This document shows, one piece after another, positions 25,231 to 37,733 of a stretch of 64,000 nt of DNA. Position 1 is the first letter of the stretch; every line of letters starts with the position of its first letter. This DNA is from Lingula anatina (Eukaryota; Animalia; Brachiopoda): the NCBI GenBank assembly GCA_051362555.1, contig CM120647.1, positions 15,910,651 to 15,974,650 of the forward strand, in the 5' to 3' direction. Under the pieces are notes generated by a model. That model saw only the letters and a program-made list of their open reading frames with translations, searched no databases and was not told the origin of the DNA. Both the position numbers and the translations under genes were made by a program.

Positions 25231-26348
25231 TTTTGTGAAAATTTAATTTTTCACATATTGGCATTTTCAAGGTGTGACTTTGAAGTTCCATGGGCTTGAA
25301 GACCCATGCTAGTCACATTTTCTGAAAATCCAAGATACGTATATTTTATTATTAAAAATTGACGGTCATTATGCTGTTAACCATTATGTAATATTGCATC
25401 AGAATAGAAGAAAACACAATTTTGGGTGCTGCTGCCATGATGACCATTATGGGAAAACCATGTTACTGATGATTGCCAAACGTTCAGAAAAGAAATACAG
25501 GACTAAAATGCAGCCTGAGTTGGAAAAGCAGTCTAATTGGCTTCTTTTTCTGGAAGTTATACATTTTCAAATTGTGAACTTGAACTGCCATGGGCCTGAA
25601 GCCTTATGCTTGTTACACATTTTACTTACATTAGTATTACCTGTTGAGCATAATTAAAATTTGATGTTGAATTTGCAGTTTAACATAATGTACTTTTGCA
25701 TCAGAATTGACAGTAGCCTATTTTGTGCATAGTTATTTCCTGTTTTTTGTCTGTACATTTGACAGCTTTGCTGCCTTGTTTTTAAATTGAGTAAAACAAA
25801 AAACTGGACTGGTCCACTTTAAGAGGTCCTAACATGCAATTAGGAATTGACTCCCTTTCACAAGCTCTTCAAAGTTTCACTTTCTGCTATATATATCAGT
25901 TAATTAGTTGGCTGTTTCAAACACTGTGGCGCTGTATAGGTGACTCTGGTATGTCATCATCATCATCATCCAAATTTATTTTATACTGTCCGGGACTAAT
26001 CCTCAACAGAGGGTAGGGTCAGTCTGACACACAGTCTTCCTCTCCAACTTGATCTATCCTGAGGGTCCTTGCCGACTAGACCAAGCGCTTCCCTGTAATA
26101 ACAATAAACACAGAAAACACAGAACATTTTATGTTACCATAATGCTACCATTAAGCTTTTTCGTCATAGATGTTATGGTAACATTATAATGATATTCTGC
26201 ATTTACTGGGAAGTTATTGATCTTTTTGTTTTGTAAATTTTATCATCGTGTTTTAAAATTTTTCTTCTGTTTGTTGTCTGCTTGTTTGCCAGCTTTGCTG
26301 TCTAATTTATGAATCAAATGAAGTAGTGTGAAAACATTTCTATTTCAG

Positions 26349-26496
26349 AGGTTTATTTGGGCTGTGGCTGGATGAGGACTTCTATCACGGAAGAACCCAC
26401 TTCTGTCAGACCTTCGGCAACGAACCCCTAACTATAAAAGAAGACTTTGTTGTGAAAAACGTGGAAGTCTGGGCGTTTCTCTTTGATTGGCGATAG
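26349..26496 (+). CDS. OXR1: OXR1/NCOA7-family last coding exon (GLFGLWLDEDFYHGRTHFCQTFGNEPL...VEVWAFLFDWR*)
   Basis: TLDc C-terminal motif FGLWLD.D.YHG....C.TF.N..L...EDF.V..EVW with the conserved Glu. Phase matches exon E; TAG at 26494-26496. Confidence 0.95.
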
Positions 26497-29400
26497 CTAC
26501 ATGTGTAACATACTACCCATATGCAGCAGAACACTTGTAAATAGGTCACTATGATTCTATTAATAGATTGTATATAGGTCACTGTGATGCTATTAATAGA
26601 CTTCAGGAGGATGGATAATGTCCAGTGCTATGTAGGCAAGGAAGTGAATAATTCCAAAATGGCCGTCATGTTCCAAAATGGCCACCTTGCTTGTCTTTCA
26701 TCTTTGTGCCATGTGTTAGTGCTGGTGAAGGTATTTTATTGAATTGTTCAAGTGAAGTACTTCAGTGTAAGTTTATTGCACTCTACTGAGTAAGATAAGT
26801 AATGTTTGCATCACAGCACTCCCATTTTTTTTTTTTTTAATGGAAGCACTGCTCAATGTATTAAGTGTGTATTGATGTCGAAATAATTCCCGATTTGCCT
26901 AGCTGGAATTTTAGTACATCCTGACATGGTGAACAGACTGTGCTTTATCAAGGCTTTATCAAGGCTCCACTGGAGAATAACAGATTTTGAGGAGAGGGGA
27001 AGGACAGGTCGCTCAAGATCAGTGATAGTCAGGTGGTCAGAGGGTGGGTCTGGTCACATATTTGGCTTTGTTAACGATTTTCTTTTAAAGTTGACAAGCA
27101 GACAAGAACGGATCTCAGAGCTAATAGCTTCTAGAGGTAACCAGTCGCTTTTATGGCCAGTTCCTTCTACCAACCTAGAACTTTTACAGGGTTTGAACAC
27201 TGCTGCTGTTTGTCATTCACTTATGAACTTTTAACAAAGATTGTGCGAGTGAAGAGACAAGATTAAATGGTGTCCATGGGACAAAAAAGAATTTCTGAAA
27301 TCCATATTCATAACAGTTTGTAGATGCAAGATGCAATGCAGCAAATATGTCTGCAGTTTATCCAAGAAATCGGAGATGGTGTTGAAGACATATACCAAGT
27401 ATTAACAGTAATTTCAACATGTGTGGTTAAATTCAATTAATTCAAACAACATGGAGCAATAATCCCAGGTGGGGCTTTGGACAGTGTTTGGTACTTAGAA
27501 TGTATCTCTACCACATTATGTTCTTTTAATTGCAAGAACGCCAAGCTTTAAGATGACTTTGGGTTGGCAGTGACCAGGTTCTTCATATATTATTAGGGAT
27601 TTAGAGACACCTGTCTGCCAAGAAGACAGACTTGTGGAGAAACATGAAGCTGTGTGTTTGGAGAGACATGAAACTGTCTTTGTGGAGAGACAAGAAAGTG
27701 TTATTGCCTTCCTGTTATTATTACTATCAACAATCCAAAAACTTGGGAGCATGTACAAATGAATGAGTCAAATTTTCCCTTGGAATTGAGTATTCAGTGT
27801 TTCAGGTACAAAGCATGGTGTTCCTGTTGTTATCCCTACAGTTAAAATTATTAATGTTGGTTTCTAAGACATGAAGATATACAGTACATTGTTAAATGTA
27901 CAGAATGTGGACACAGATGTTAAGTATTATAGTACAAATTGTAAGATATCCAAGATCTTCTAATAATTTTTATTTAGTGAAAGGAGGATTGCCTAAGATT
28001 TAGACAAAGCTTATTTCACTCCAAATTTACCTTTTAAGTTTTTATTTTATGCATTGGATTAAAATAGGCAAAAAGTATTCAATTTGCATTATGGCTTTCC
28101 ACATCCTTTGCAGCTTATGGGCACAAAGGATAAATATGAAATCCAATGCTACATGGTAAATATTATAATAATTTATTATGTGTAATGAAAAAATGTTCCC
28201 ATATTTTAAAGTTGATACACCGTTAAAGCATGGAAGGAACACTGGTAGGTGTAACATGCAATTACATTTAACTGGCAGTTAATATGTTTAAGTGCCGATT
28301 GAAATCCCGCTGATCTTGACCATCGGTGCCACCTATAGTTCATAAATATCTGGCAGCAGTCAAGAATTTTGGTGCGAGTGTCATTCTAGTATTTGTGCAA
28401 TATGTGCGGTGTATAGTTATACTTTAGGCCTCACAAATTTGCCGAGTTGATTAATGAGTACAAGCGACCCAAATTTTGAGAAATTGGAGTTTTTTCGCTT
28501 TTTTTTTTTGCAAATTAAAAATTGCAATTTGCATTAATTTTGTCGGAAAAAAAATTATACCATTTTGTTTCTGCTCAAATTGCCCACACTGGATTTGCTA
28601 ATTCTTCCCCTTATTATATGGATCCTGATTACATATTATATGCATGTTAACCAACTCTGCACTTATGTTTGGCCTAAAAGGAGAAATGTTTGTCGGAAAT
28701 ATGTTAACAATTGCTTCAATGTTGTTGTTGAGGTTATTCACCATTAAAATGCTTCAATATTAAATTTATTGGTTTATATTTTCTTTAGGCAGCAAGAGAG
28801 GTGTAGTCACAAACACTTGCAGAAAAAACATAACCAAAATGCTTGGCAGATTTCACAAACAAAAAGCTCCGGTATGATGCAAATTGTATTCATGCGTGAC
28901 ATACCTGTATGAAAAATACACCCCATCTGTATCCTTGGCTCTCAACATCTGCTGAGGTATAAAAATAAAAACTCTATAATGTGATTTCAGTTATAGTCAA
29001 CAGCAACATTTTTTTTCAGTATATGTCAAGTTACATTGCTTAAAATATACAACACACAGTTCTGTTCTGTAATCTACATGCACTCTGTCAAGCCTTTCTG
29101 ATTCTCTATATTACACGACCGTATTGCAACTTCAAAGTGGAGGTTCATTTTCTGGAAAAAATTTTTTTACACCTTTGGGTAACCCTACATGAGAACCTTC
29201 TGTCATAAAAAAAATCAACTGGGAACTGACATTTTCTGGTCAGAAGATTGGTTCTTTGACCCCCCCCCCTTTGCCTACGGACCTGTCAAACAAGACAATA
29301 ATAATCTATATATTCCCACGTAGAGCATATACCGGCAGGAGTAGCGTCTTTTAAACCTTCAACACACTGCAAACCTAACATATATTAATATTGCCTCTTT

Positions 29401-31995
29401 CCCATTATGATGCCATTTCTCTTAATGTATATTGGGTGAATCGAATTAATAAATAATAAAAGCAAAAGACGCTCAAAACTTTAATTTTTTTCCTATACAC
29501 TTCCCATTATAATTCAAGAAGATTTCACAATATGCTACTTCTTTGTATCACATCTGGTGCATTATTTTTGACATTATTCCGTGCAGTTCCATTAATTTAA
29601 AGTGTTTATTTAAAGTTTTAACATATGTAGCAATATACTCTGACTAGCATCTCATGTATTAATTTTCCATTACTAATTCAAACAGGTTTTGCACATCCTG
29701 GTGCCAATTCCTGAAACAAGTTTTCACATTGTCATGAACTCGTTCGCGTTCAACATTGTTAAATAACTGTGTGTAAATGTCATTTAAAAATTACTGCAAA
29801 ATGATGTGTGTAATTTTGTCCTTAAGAACCAATTTTTGCAAGTCAATTGAAAAATGAAAAAAAAAAAAAATCTGCAAGGAGAAGAATAAGATAAGAATAA
29901 GATGTGCAGCAGCAACTGTCTCTTACAAAACCAAACCATGCTTATTTTAGTTAAAAACTCCTTTTTTTTTTCAGAAAATTACCTGGATTAAAGCCAAAAG
30001 ACATGACAAAAATGATGACCACAAGAATGATAAAAATTGCACATCGTCAAGTTTTCTCAATAAACAAAAATGAAATGACAATTTGGCAATCAAATGTTTT
30101 GACTGGCTGTTATTTTCAGACATGTGCCCTCAGGCACTTGAGTGCAGAAGAAAATATGTAACTGTATGCGTGCATACACCTCAACATTTGAATGTAACAT
30201 CATTGGAAAAGTGGACATATCTGATCCTCTTAACCACTTTCTTGACTCTTCTCAATCTTTGACTTTATGAAAGAAGAAGGCATTTTCTTTAAAAATCATA
30301 ATTCCATTTTAAACATAATAATTGTTGTATACTTACATCATACACTGTTGGATATTGTATTATTAAATTTCACCTGTGCTATTCATAAATTAAATGCAAT
30401 AAATAGTGTGAGATTAAATTGGCAAGAAAGCTTTGCTATCTGTAATAGTAATAAATAGAATGGGCAATGTAAAAACTACAATATTTTGTCAACATTTTCT
30501 ACAATATCTATAGCTACTTCATATCTGAACTTCTTCCTACAGTCTTACTTACACAGTTTCTGGCCATAATAAAGAGTGATCATCACAATGTCAAATGCAG
30601 GGGTTCTCATCTCTGAATACAGGGGTTCACCACTTTGAGTACAGGGCTTCTTTCCCTAATACACAGATGAGAGAATCTAAGATGCAGAATCTAAGGTGCT
30701 CCACCATTGAATACGTTATATGTGCAATATATACTATACGAGGTATACTCTTTACTTCTCTTTTTTTTCAGTCCTCTGGAGCAAAATAATCATCTTTACA
30801 GCAACAGTTATTCATTGATCATGTAACTTCTGATTCCATCACTATCTATATCATAACATATATGGATTCCAATAGTCATTGTATTTTTGTGACCATATCA
30901 ATATATCACATACAACTCATTTTCAGAGTTTATAATAAATAAATTCTGCTTTCTTAGCAGATCCAGCTGCCTCATGTCCCTATTATACTACAGTCTTGGA
31001 GGTTAAATCACATTTGGACACACTTATAACACCTTTAAACCCCTGCTGAAATTGTTCCGAATACATTCTTCCGAGGGCTTAAATACATTAAGGCACCTGA
31101 GTAGTTAATTGGTTCTTTATTGATAGTACTTTTCTTTCAGATTTTTTTTCGTAGCTCACCTAAAGGGCATCCATTCTATTTGAACGTGGCTGTCTGCCCT
31201 TTGACCCCTGCAAGTATTCTTTACAGCATTCTTCTCTATATAAAATACCTTGCACTGCTCTGTACCCAGAATCTCTAAACTTGGAGAAAAATTTCTTTAC
31301 TGCAGTGCCAGCTGCTAGATTCTTTTTCTTTTTTTTTTTTTTTTTTTTTTTTTGTTGTTGTTGTTGGTGTTGTCGCAAAGAAACTATTTTAACTCCCAAG
31401 TGCAGGGTTCACAGCTCTAAGCACACGGGGTTTTCCACTTGAACCACAGGGGTTCACCAATCCAAATTCAGGGTTTTAAGAGGATATGGTGTCTTCTGAG
31501 AGCTGCCAGGCAGACCTCACAAACTGTTGCTTCAGTTTAATTTGTTCAAGTAGCTTCAAATAGTTCCAGTTTCTTTCCATCTTGCAGTAAAAGAGCCGTT
31601 AAATTTTACCTGGCCACTTCCATAATATGATCACAATTGCAGTTCTTCTTTTTTTACAGGGTGTATAACATATATGCAGACTTGTCTCAGTTTCAGTTGT
31701 GATATTTCCAACTGGCACATACAAAATGTATCAAATACTCCTGGACGACTGTCCCAACCAGGTGTTGTGTACCTCAGTACAGCACTTGCATCATACAGAA
31801 GGCCTCAAAATCTAACTGCACACCTGTTACTTAATCCTGCAGCAGCCCTTCTTTACCATTCCTACAGGGTGTCTAAAATACCTCTGGATGCCTTTCCCAA
31901 CCGTGTGTGCTTCTGTATACTGCTCACATGATACAGGGGGCCTCAGCCTCCTCCAGCAGCACCAGTCCATACAGTTGATATTTTCTACAGGGTGT

Positions 31996-32101
31996 CTAAA
32001 ATATATCTGGACATCTTTTCCAGTCCCGTGTGACCCAATACTCCCCTGTGTACATCCAGTCTTCTTTACCCGTCTCTGGGTGCTGACACTGCATGAACCA
32101 G
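31996..32101 (-). CDS. OSBPL1: OSBPL1A/ORP1-like last coding exon (WFMQCQHPETGKEDWMYTGEYW...CPDIF*)
   Basis: C-terminal motif WF.....P.TG..DW.Y.G.YW......CPDIF; TAG stop. Confidence 0.95.
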
Positions 32102-32383
32102 CTGGGGGAAATGAAAGAGTTAATATATTGTTATGTATCTATCTGTATAAAGTTTTTTTTTAATGTAAATACAAGTTATGTGTTATCTGATATTCAGTTG
32201 TCATACTGCAGTTGGTTGTGTGTATGTACATGTGCGTTTCTGTATGTTGCATCAAATTAAATGTTTAATATACTGCACTAAGTTTATATATGTGTGTGTG
32301 TGTGTCTTATTTAATATTCAATATTAACCACACTGCCTTCTCATAAAGTTACAGGGTTGTTGGAATATAATCCAACTTCTTAC

Positions 32384-32474
32384 CATGGTCTCCATTCATC
32401 CTTTTTCTTCTTTCTCTCTTTCCTTGCTGCCCTCTGTTTTTCCTCAAGTCGAACCTTCTCTTCAGCAGCACCAT
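32384..32474 (-). CDS. OSBPL1: ORD exon (DGAAEEKVRLEEKQRAARKERKKKKDEWRP)
   Basis: A..EK.RLEEKQRAARK motif. Phase 1/2. Confidence 0.96.
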
Positions 32475-32798
32475 CTATGAAATACAAATATTAATCATCT
32501 ATATTTTTTCATATTTCTTTTTTTAACTGAAATCCTCATATCCATTATACTACCAGTATTAGAACATTTCATTAAAATTTCTACTGAACATTGAAAATCT
32601 CCCAACAAATATAGATCTTCAATTCATGCATTTTATTTTGAGTTATTCATAATTGAGAAGACAAAGTTGTTACTTTTATAATAGTATATTATACTACTTT
32701 AATATGGGCTTACACACATGCACACATACACACACAAGACTCTAAATGATGAATAAAATGAGTAAATAAGAAGTAGGACGCTGGATGCCAATGTTCAC

Positions 32799-32922
32799 CT
32801 ATATCTCCGTCCTCTAGTTTCCGTATATCTGGTCTGAGGCGGGAATCTGTGGGCGGCAGAGTAGCGATTTGTTCTGAAGAGAGCTCATTGAGCGTTATTG
32901 CAAAGGCAGTAAAACTGTAGTA
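32799..32922 (-). CDS. OSBPL1: ORD exon ([14 protein letters not shown]...[20 protein letters not shown])
   Basis: OSBP motif Y.FT.FA..LNE...[16 protein letters not shown]. Phase 0/1. Confidence 0.96.
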
Positions 32923-33494
32923 CTGGAAAGAAAATAAAAAAAGAGTTAAATAAGTAAATAAATTAACTGATATTCTGGGAAAAGGATACTATAAATCGTC
33001 AAGCATTTTGGGGATATTGTTTTACAAAGTTATCATGGTTTACAGTATCCCAAATTAGCTTTGGCTTACTTAAGTATCAAGTTGTTTAACAGTTGAGAAT
33101 GGGATGGATCAACACATACAATGATGCATTTCAAGTGTTGAATCTCTGTTCTTGCTTTAATAACTCATGTCTTTCTTCTTTTGTATATCAATAATCTTAC
33201 CCCTAGTCCTTTATGTGTAGCTGTGGGGGTTAGAAAAAACTGCCCTATTAACAACAGAGGGTCCACTCTCAATCAATATGGTCTGCCCTCCATCAAAATT
33301 CCATTTCAATTTTCAACCATTTTAAAAGTTTGATCAACTAAGAGGGTAAAATCATCCACTTTTCAGAAAAAAGGATGCACCTATGAAATCGCTGGTTACA
33401 TGTCTGGCCCTATATAAAAATTAAAACGAAAAAAAGGGCATCAACAGTAATGTTTGATTTCCTAATAATTCATGGAGTGGTTCTCTATACTTAC

Positions 33495-33644
33495 TTGCTT
33501 AGATAGTGCAGGGCGTTCCTCGGCTCTCCATAGTAGCACCTGGCCTGGCAGTTGAAGATCACAGGTGGATGCTTTACGTGGCACGAAGGCATCATCTGCA
33601 GACTCGCTGTCCTCACACTCGTGAAAGTCCCCCGTGCTTCCATT
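33495..33644 (-). CDS. OSBPL1: ORD exon (NGSTGDFHECED...LPGQVLLWRAEERPALSKQ)
   Basis: PG..LLWR...RP..S.Q motif. 150 nt, phase 0/0. Confidence 0.9.
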
Positions 33645-33973
33645 CTGAAGAAATGATATAATGATTTTTTTCATACCCTTTTTGCATCGTCTTATTTATT
33701 TTTTATTTTATTTTATTTACCAATAGATGCAGTTTAAAATTTCATCGGATATGATCACCATTTTTTTTTTTTTTTTTTTTTTTTGAAAATATTTTTTTCC
33801 ATCACTATAGTAATAACATTGCATGGGGAAAGTTGTTTCTACAAAATGCACATACAAACACTCACTTACTAGTATTTTTCTCTGAAAAACACACACATTT
33901 ACATGACAAACATACACAAACTGCAAATATATATATCACACGTACAAGTCTCACTCCCCTGTCTCTCTGTCTC

Positions 33974-34017
<44 letters not shown>

Positions 34018-34037
34018 ATGTACTAGTGGAAGCTTAC

Positions 34038-34194
34038 CTGACCACTTGTACAACCTGAGATAGAGTTATTACTGGACCCAGTGGAGCTTTTGTTTCTGGA
34101 CGCAGACGATTTGATCCATGTTTCATAAACTTCAGGGTCCACAGAGAACAAGGTGTCTATCCAACTTCCATACAGGATCTTCACCTTCTCTTTA
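34038..34194 (-). CDS. OSBPL1: ORD exon (KEKVKILYGSWIDTLFSVDPEVYE... plus Ser-rich loop)
   Basis: LYG.W...L.SVDP motif. 157 nt, phase 2/0, GTAAGC donor. Confidence 0.9.
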
Positions 34195-34465
34195 CTAAAA
34201 CAGGTAAATTAACGGTGAAAGTTTATTTCATCAACAGAATGCAGAAAATCAAAACTTGAAAATTTATCAATATTCCAGTGTTCAACTCATTTTAGCATTG
34301 ATCTAAAAAAATAAACAGTTGTGGCTAAATAAATAAATAAACAAACTAAACTGCACATAATAGATACTTCTGAGTAAAATTAATTTAAAGGACATTCACT
34401 TTGAAATTAATTTTTAAAATAATAAAATGAATCTATAAGATAAACACAACACTCAGACTGATTAA

Positions 34466-35093
34466 AGCAATAATAACTCTTCCTTTGAGATTCAAAAATC
34501 CGCATGAAATACATTGTAAACAACGCATGGAAATATATTCTATTGTATTTTACCACTAAAACGGCCGTTATTGTAGGAAAACTAAAATCTGTGCTTGTCA
34601 ATAGGGCTTTTGATACCTTTTTTCCGGTCGACAAGTGCATTTGTTGCTAATGACGTAATGGTGTCACGCGGATTCTCGCGTTCATTCGAGACCAAAATAA
34701 CATGGCGGGAAACCCTCAGACGTAAGTTGCGAGTTTTTGTACAGTGCGTCGGATAACGAAAAGCCCAGAATGGCACACATTGTGGATATAAATGCATTTT
34801 TAACAAAAAGACGAATATATCTCATGAATCTTATATAGTGTTGTTGTTGTCTGCTTTTCCCGCGGTTTTAAGTAGGTCACCAGTGACTTTGCAATGTCAG
34901 AGAGAGCTCCGTCAGTTAAAATCTCTTAAGAGATTCTTAAGAGATTTTAACAAAAAACCGTACGTTTAGGAAAAAAACCCTGGATTAACTTTGAATGCAG
35001 GAATGGGGTCGTTGGCCATTGGTAAGTACGGGAAAATTGCCGTTTTTTCCAGGAAAATTCAATTTTTGGCCAAAACGAAGAGTTATTATGACT
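34466..35093. mobile_element. Kolobok-like non-autonomous element (628 bp)
   Basis: TTAA on both flanks (34462-34465, 35094-35097); TIR AG..ATAATAACTCTTC.TTT with AG...CT termini. Confidence 0.72.
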
Positions 35094-35309
35094 TTAAGAT
35101 TTAAAATTTATTAATTTAACATTCCAAAATGGAGGCAGAGGTATGTGACACCATTCTATTAAACAAACCCTATACTAGAGCACAAACCCCGAGTTTACAA
35201 CGAAGAACAGAGCCCAGCAAGAGGAAGACCCAAAACATGGCTGTATAATAAATCATAAAAAAATCTTATGTCGTCTATGTGATATTTATCAGGAAGTGAG
35301 AACAGCTAC

Positions 35310-35428
35310 CTTGGATTGAAGACCACTCCCTCCAGTTTGTGTGCATCTTTGCCAAACCAGCCACAAGGTTTGTAATTGAGCACCACTCTGTGATTGGTTT
35401 GGTGGTTCACAACTTCCATCTGTCCTGA
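35310..35428 (-). CDS. OSBPL1: ORD exon (SGQMEVVNHQTNHRVVLNYKPCGWFGKDAHKLEGVVFNP)
   Basis: Resembles ORP1 'G..EI.NH.T....LNFKPCGLFGKELHKVEG'. 119 nt, phase 0/2. Confidence 0.93.
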
Positions 35429-35728
35429 CTGAGAATAAATAAATAAATAAATATACTTGTTCCATTAAGTCATGAGTACTATCAGTACTAACAATGGTGT
35501 AACACTGGTGAAACAATAAATAAAGAAATAAATAGAAGAAAACATTACAAAAGCAGCAGTGCACCATGGTAAACCATTTGAAACAAATACCTGAATTAAA
35601 TTTAAAATAACTATTTATTTTTGTATTTTATTCTATTTTTAACATCATTTTCATATACTGATTATCATTATTATCCTATTTTGTTTTTACAAATTTCATC
35701 AATAATCTGACACAAATGCAGTACTTAC

Positions 35729-35807
35729 GTGTTCTACCCATAGTTTCCCCACTATGATATTGTGCACACTACAGTTGACGTTTTGCCATGTATACGTCTC
35801 TCCATGT
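35729..35807 (-). CDS. OSBPL1: ORD exon (HGETYTWQNVNCSVHNIIVGKLWVEH)
   Basis: Motif E.YTW......VHNIIVGKLW.E; canonical splice sites. Confidence 0.95.
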
Positions 35808-36166
35808 CTGGAACAGAAGAGGAGAGAATTAATAGATAAAATTTCATATCTCATGATACATAAATGACCAGTGGATCTTTTGAATACCTGCCTTTAACGA
35901 GTACATGCCTTCCTATTTTCCTTACGATAAAAAATTGTAAATTTCGTCACTTAAAAAATAATTAATATCTTCATATGCCAGAACCCAACTTGTACATATA
36001 AGGTGACAAACCTTTCAAAATTATCGCGAGGCCCATTTTTAAGTTTGATGAAATTTTAGACTGGAAAATTATCTTCTGACAAAATTTTCATGACTGACTA
36101 AATTTTCAAGTTTTTACCCTAGATCCAACATCTTTACAACTGATGTCTTATTGCGTAGAACCTTAC

Positions 36167-36343
36167 TTCAATAACTCCACTGTTATCGTTCCCTTGGGCT
36201 GGACCTCCACTGACTTGCCCCAGAACTTCAGTTTGGGCAGTATTGTTCCATGGAACCTGTAGGTCTGCGACTCCACGTGGAATGCACTAACTGGAGGGTG
36301 GTGACTGACCTGCTCACAGATGATCTTCCAACCAAGGTCTTCT
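36167..36343 (-). CDS. OSBPL1: ORD exon with the EQVSHHPP signature
   Basis: EQVSHHPP fingerprint and KLKFWGKSVEV.PKG. 177 nt, phase 2/2. Confidence 0.97.
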
Positions 36344-36629
36344 CTACCAAAGGAAAATGGAGATACAGCACATGAATAAAGAATGAGCAGCTTTGGTGCA
36401 CACATGCATGCATACGCACGTATGCACACACACATGCCCAAGTGAGAGTATATGTATAAGTGTACGTTGTTGTCCAATTCAGACATTTTCACTCCAAAAA
36501 ATAACATTATGTTCATATCGCATACAATTCAATATAATACTTAGTCCATGTTCAAAAATGATCAAAATTTACATTCATTACTCTGAAAAACTTCAAATAG
36601 TTTTTGTGTAGAGCCACACCTTTACGTAC

Positions 36630-36727
36630 CTTACATATTCATATGTTTCTCCTAGAAGAGGGTTGAAAGGTTTACCAAGTCTGTCCCAATTAGAGCCACT
36701 GGCTGACACTGCAAATGCTGTCACATA
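36630..36727 (-). CDS. OSBPL1: ORD exon ([33 protein letters not shown])
   Basis: OSBP motif [12 protein letters not shown]. 98 nt, phase 0/2. Confidence 0.97.
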
Positions 36728-37115
36728 CTGGAACACAGAGACATAGCTAGTAATTTATTAATATGATATAAAGATATTATGTATAAAGTTCATATTTTAA
36801 TATTAAAATATATTTTAATATCACAAAAACTTCTGCTAGTGCACTGGATAATTTTTGAACTAACTAACTTTAAAGGTATATTGATAACTGAAGCAAGCTA
36901 CCAGTACCTACTAAAACTCAGGGTGTAAATGATATGGAAGTTAGTGTCTAGTAGACAGTGAAGTCCAGGATGAAAATAACAAAGATATATTGGCAATTTA
37001 GGAAGCCGCCTAGTACATAATTCTTCCAGTACTAAAACTCAGGGACTCGACTCAATGTAAACAACCCAGAGGTGAGTGTCCAGTCCAGCAGAGAGTGGAT
37101 GTCAGGGTGCCTCAC

Positions 37116-37250
37116 CTGTATCCTGTCCACAGGGTCGTCACAATTGTTGGCCGTCTCCAACAGGAAGTGGTACTCCATGTACTCCGTGAGACGTTGTAGA
37201 AAACTTAAGGGTTCGTTGAATATGACTGGCATGGTGATTTTTGACAACTC
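37116..37250 (-). CDS. OSBPL1: ORD exon (ELSKITMPVIFNEPLSFLQRLTEYMEY...)
   Basis: OSBP motif ELSKITMPV.FNEPLSFLQR. 135 nt, phase 0/0. Confidence 0.97.
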
Positions 37251-37559
37251 CTGAAATGATAAAATTATTACAGTTATTTTTTAGTCTGTAGCAGTATAAA
37301 CTGCTATTTCAAATGATAAAATATGGTTCTAGTTATGTCTTTTGAGCAACAGTTCTGTATGTTGAAATATGAAATGAGCCACTACACAGGTAGAAAGAGT
37401 TCATTAATTGACCTGATGATAGTTTGTAATTCCTGGAAAATGATACAGTGCAAACTGTTAATACCTAAAATTACAGATAATCATGTACTGGTTCCATTAT
37501 GAGTAGGCATTGAAAATGTGTTAAAATGTGGACATGGTATGCATGCTGGGCAATGAATT

Positions 37560-37604
<45 letters not shown>

Positions 37605-37657
37605 GTAAAGGACCATGAGGGAGAGACACTGGGGGTGGGGGGGGGGGAGTATCTTAC

Positions 37658-37733
37658 CTTGCCGATACATTGTTTCAATATACTCCACACACTGAAGTCA
37701 TTCCGTGAGAACATCGGAACAGGAAGGCACTTC
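37658..37733 (-). CDS. OSBPL1: ORD exon (RKCLPVPMFSRNDFSVWSILKQCIGK)
   Basis: Matches ORP1/2 'R..LP.PMFSRNDFS.WSIL..CIG'; canonical splice sites. Confidence 0.95.

Larger units (their letters stand above)
10694..25780 (+). mobile_element. HINE-like element, copy 3 (outer host of the nest; pieces 10694-11916, 23439-23524, 25231-25780)
   Basis: Pieces are collinear with and nearly identical to copy 2 once the insertions are removed. Confidence 0.85.

Noticed and set aside
26926-27758. 102-aa and 80-aa ORFs downstream of OXR1
   Set aside because: No motifs or splice support; most likely 3' UTR sequence.
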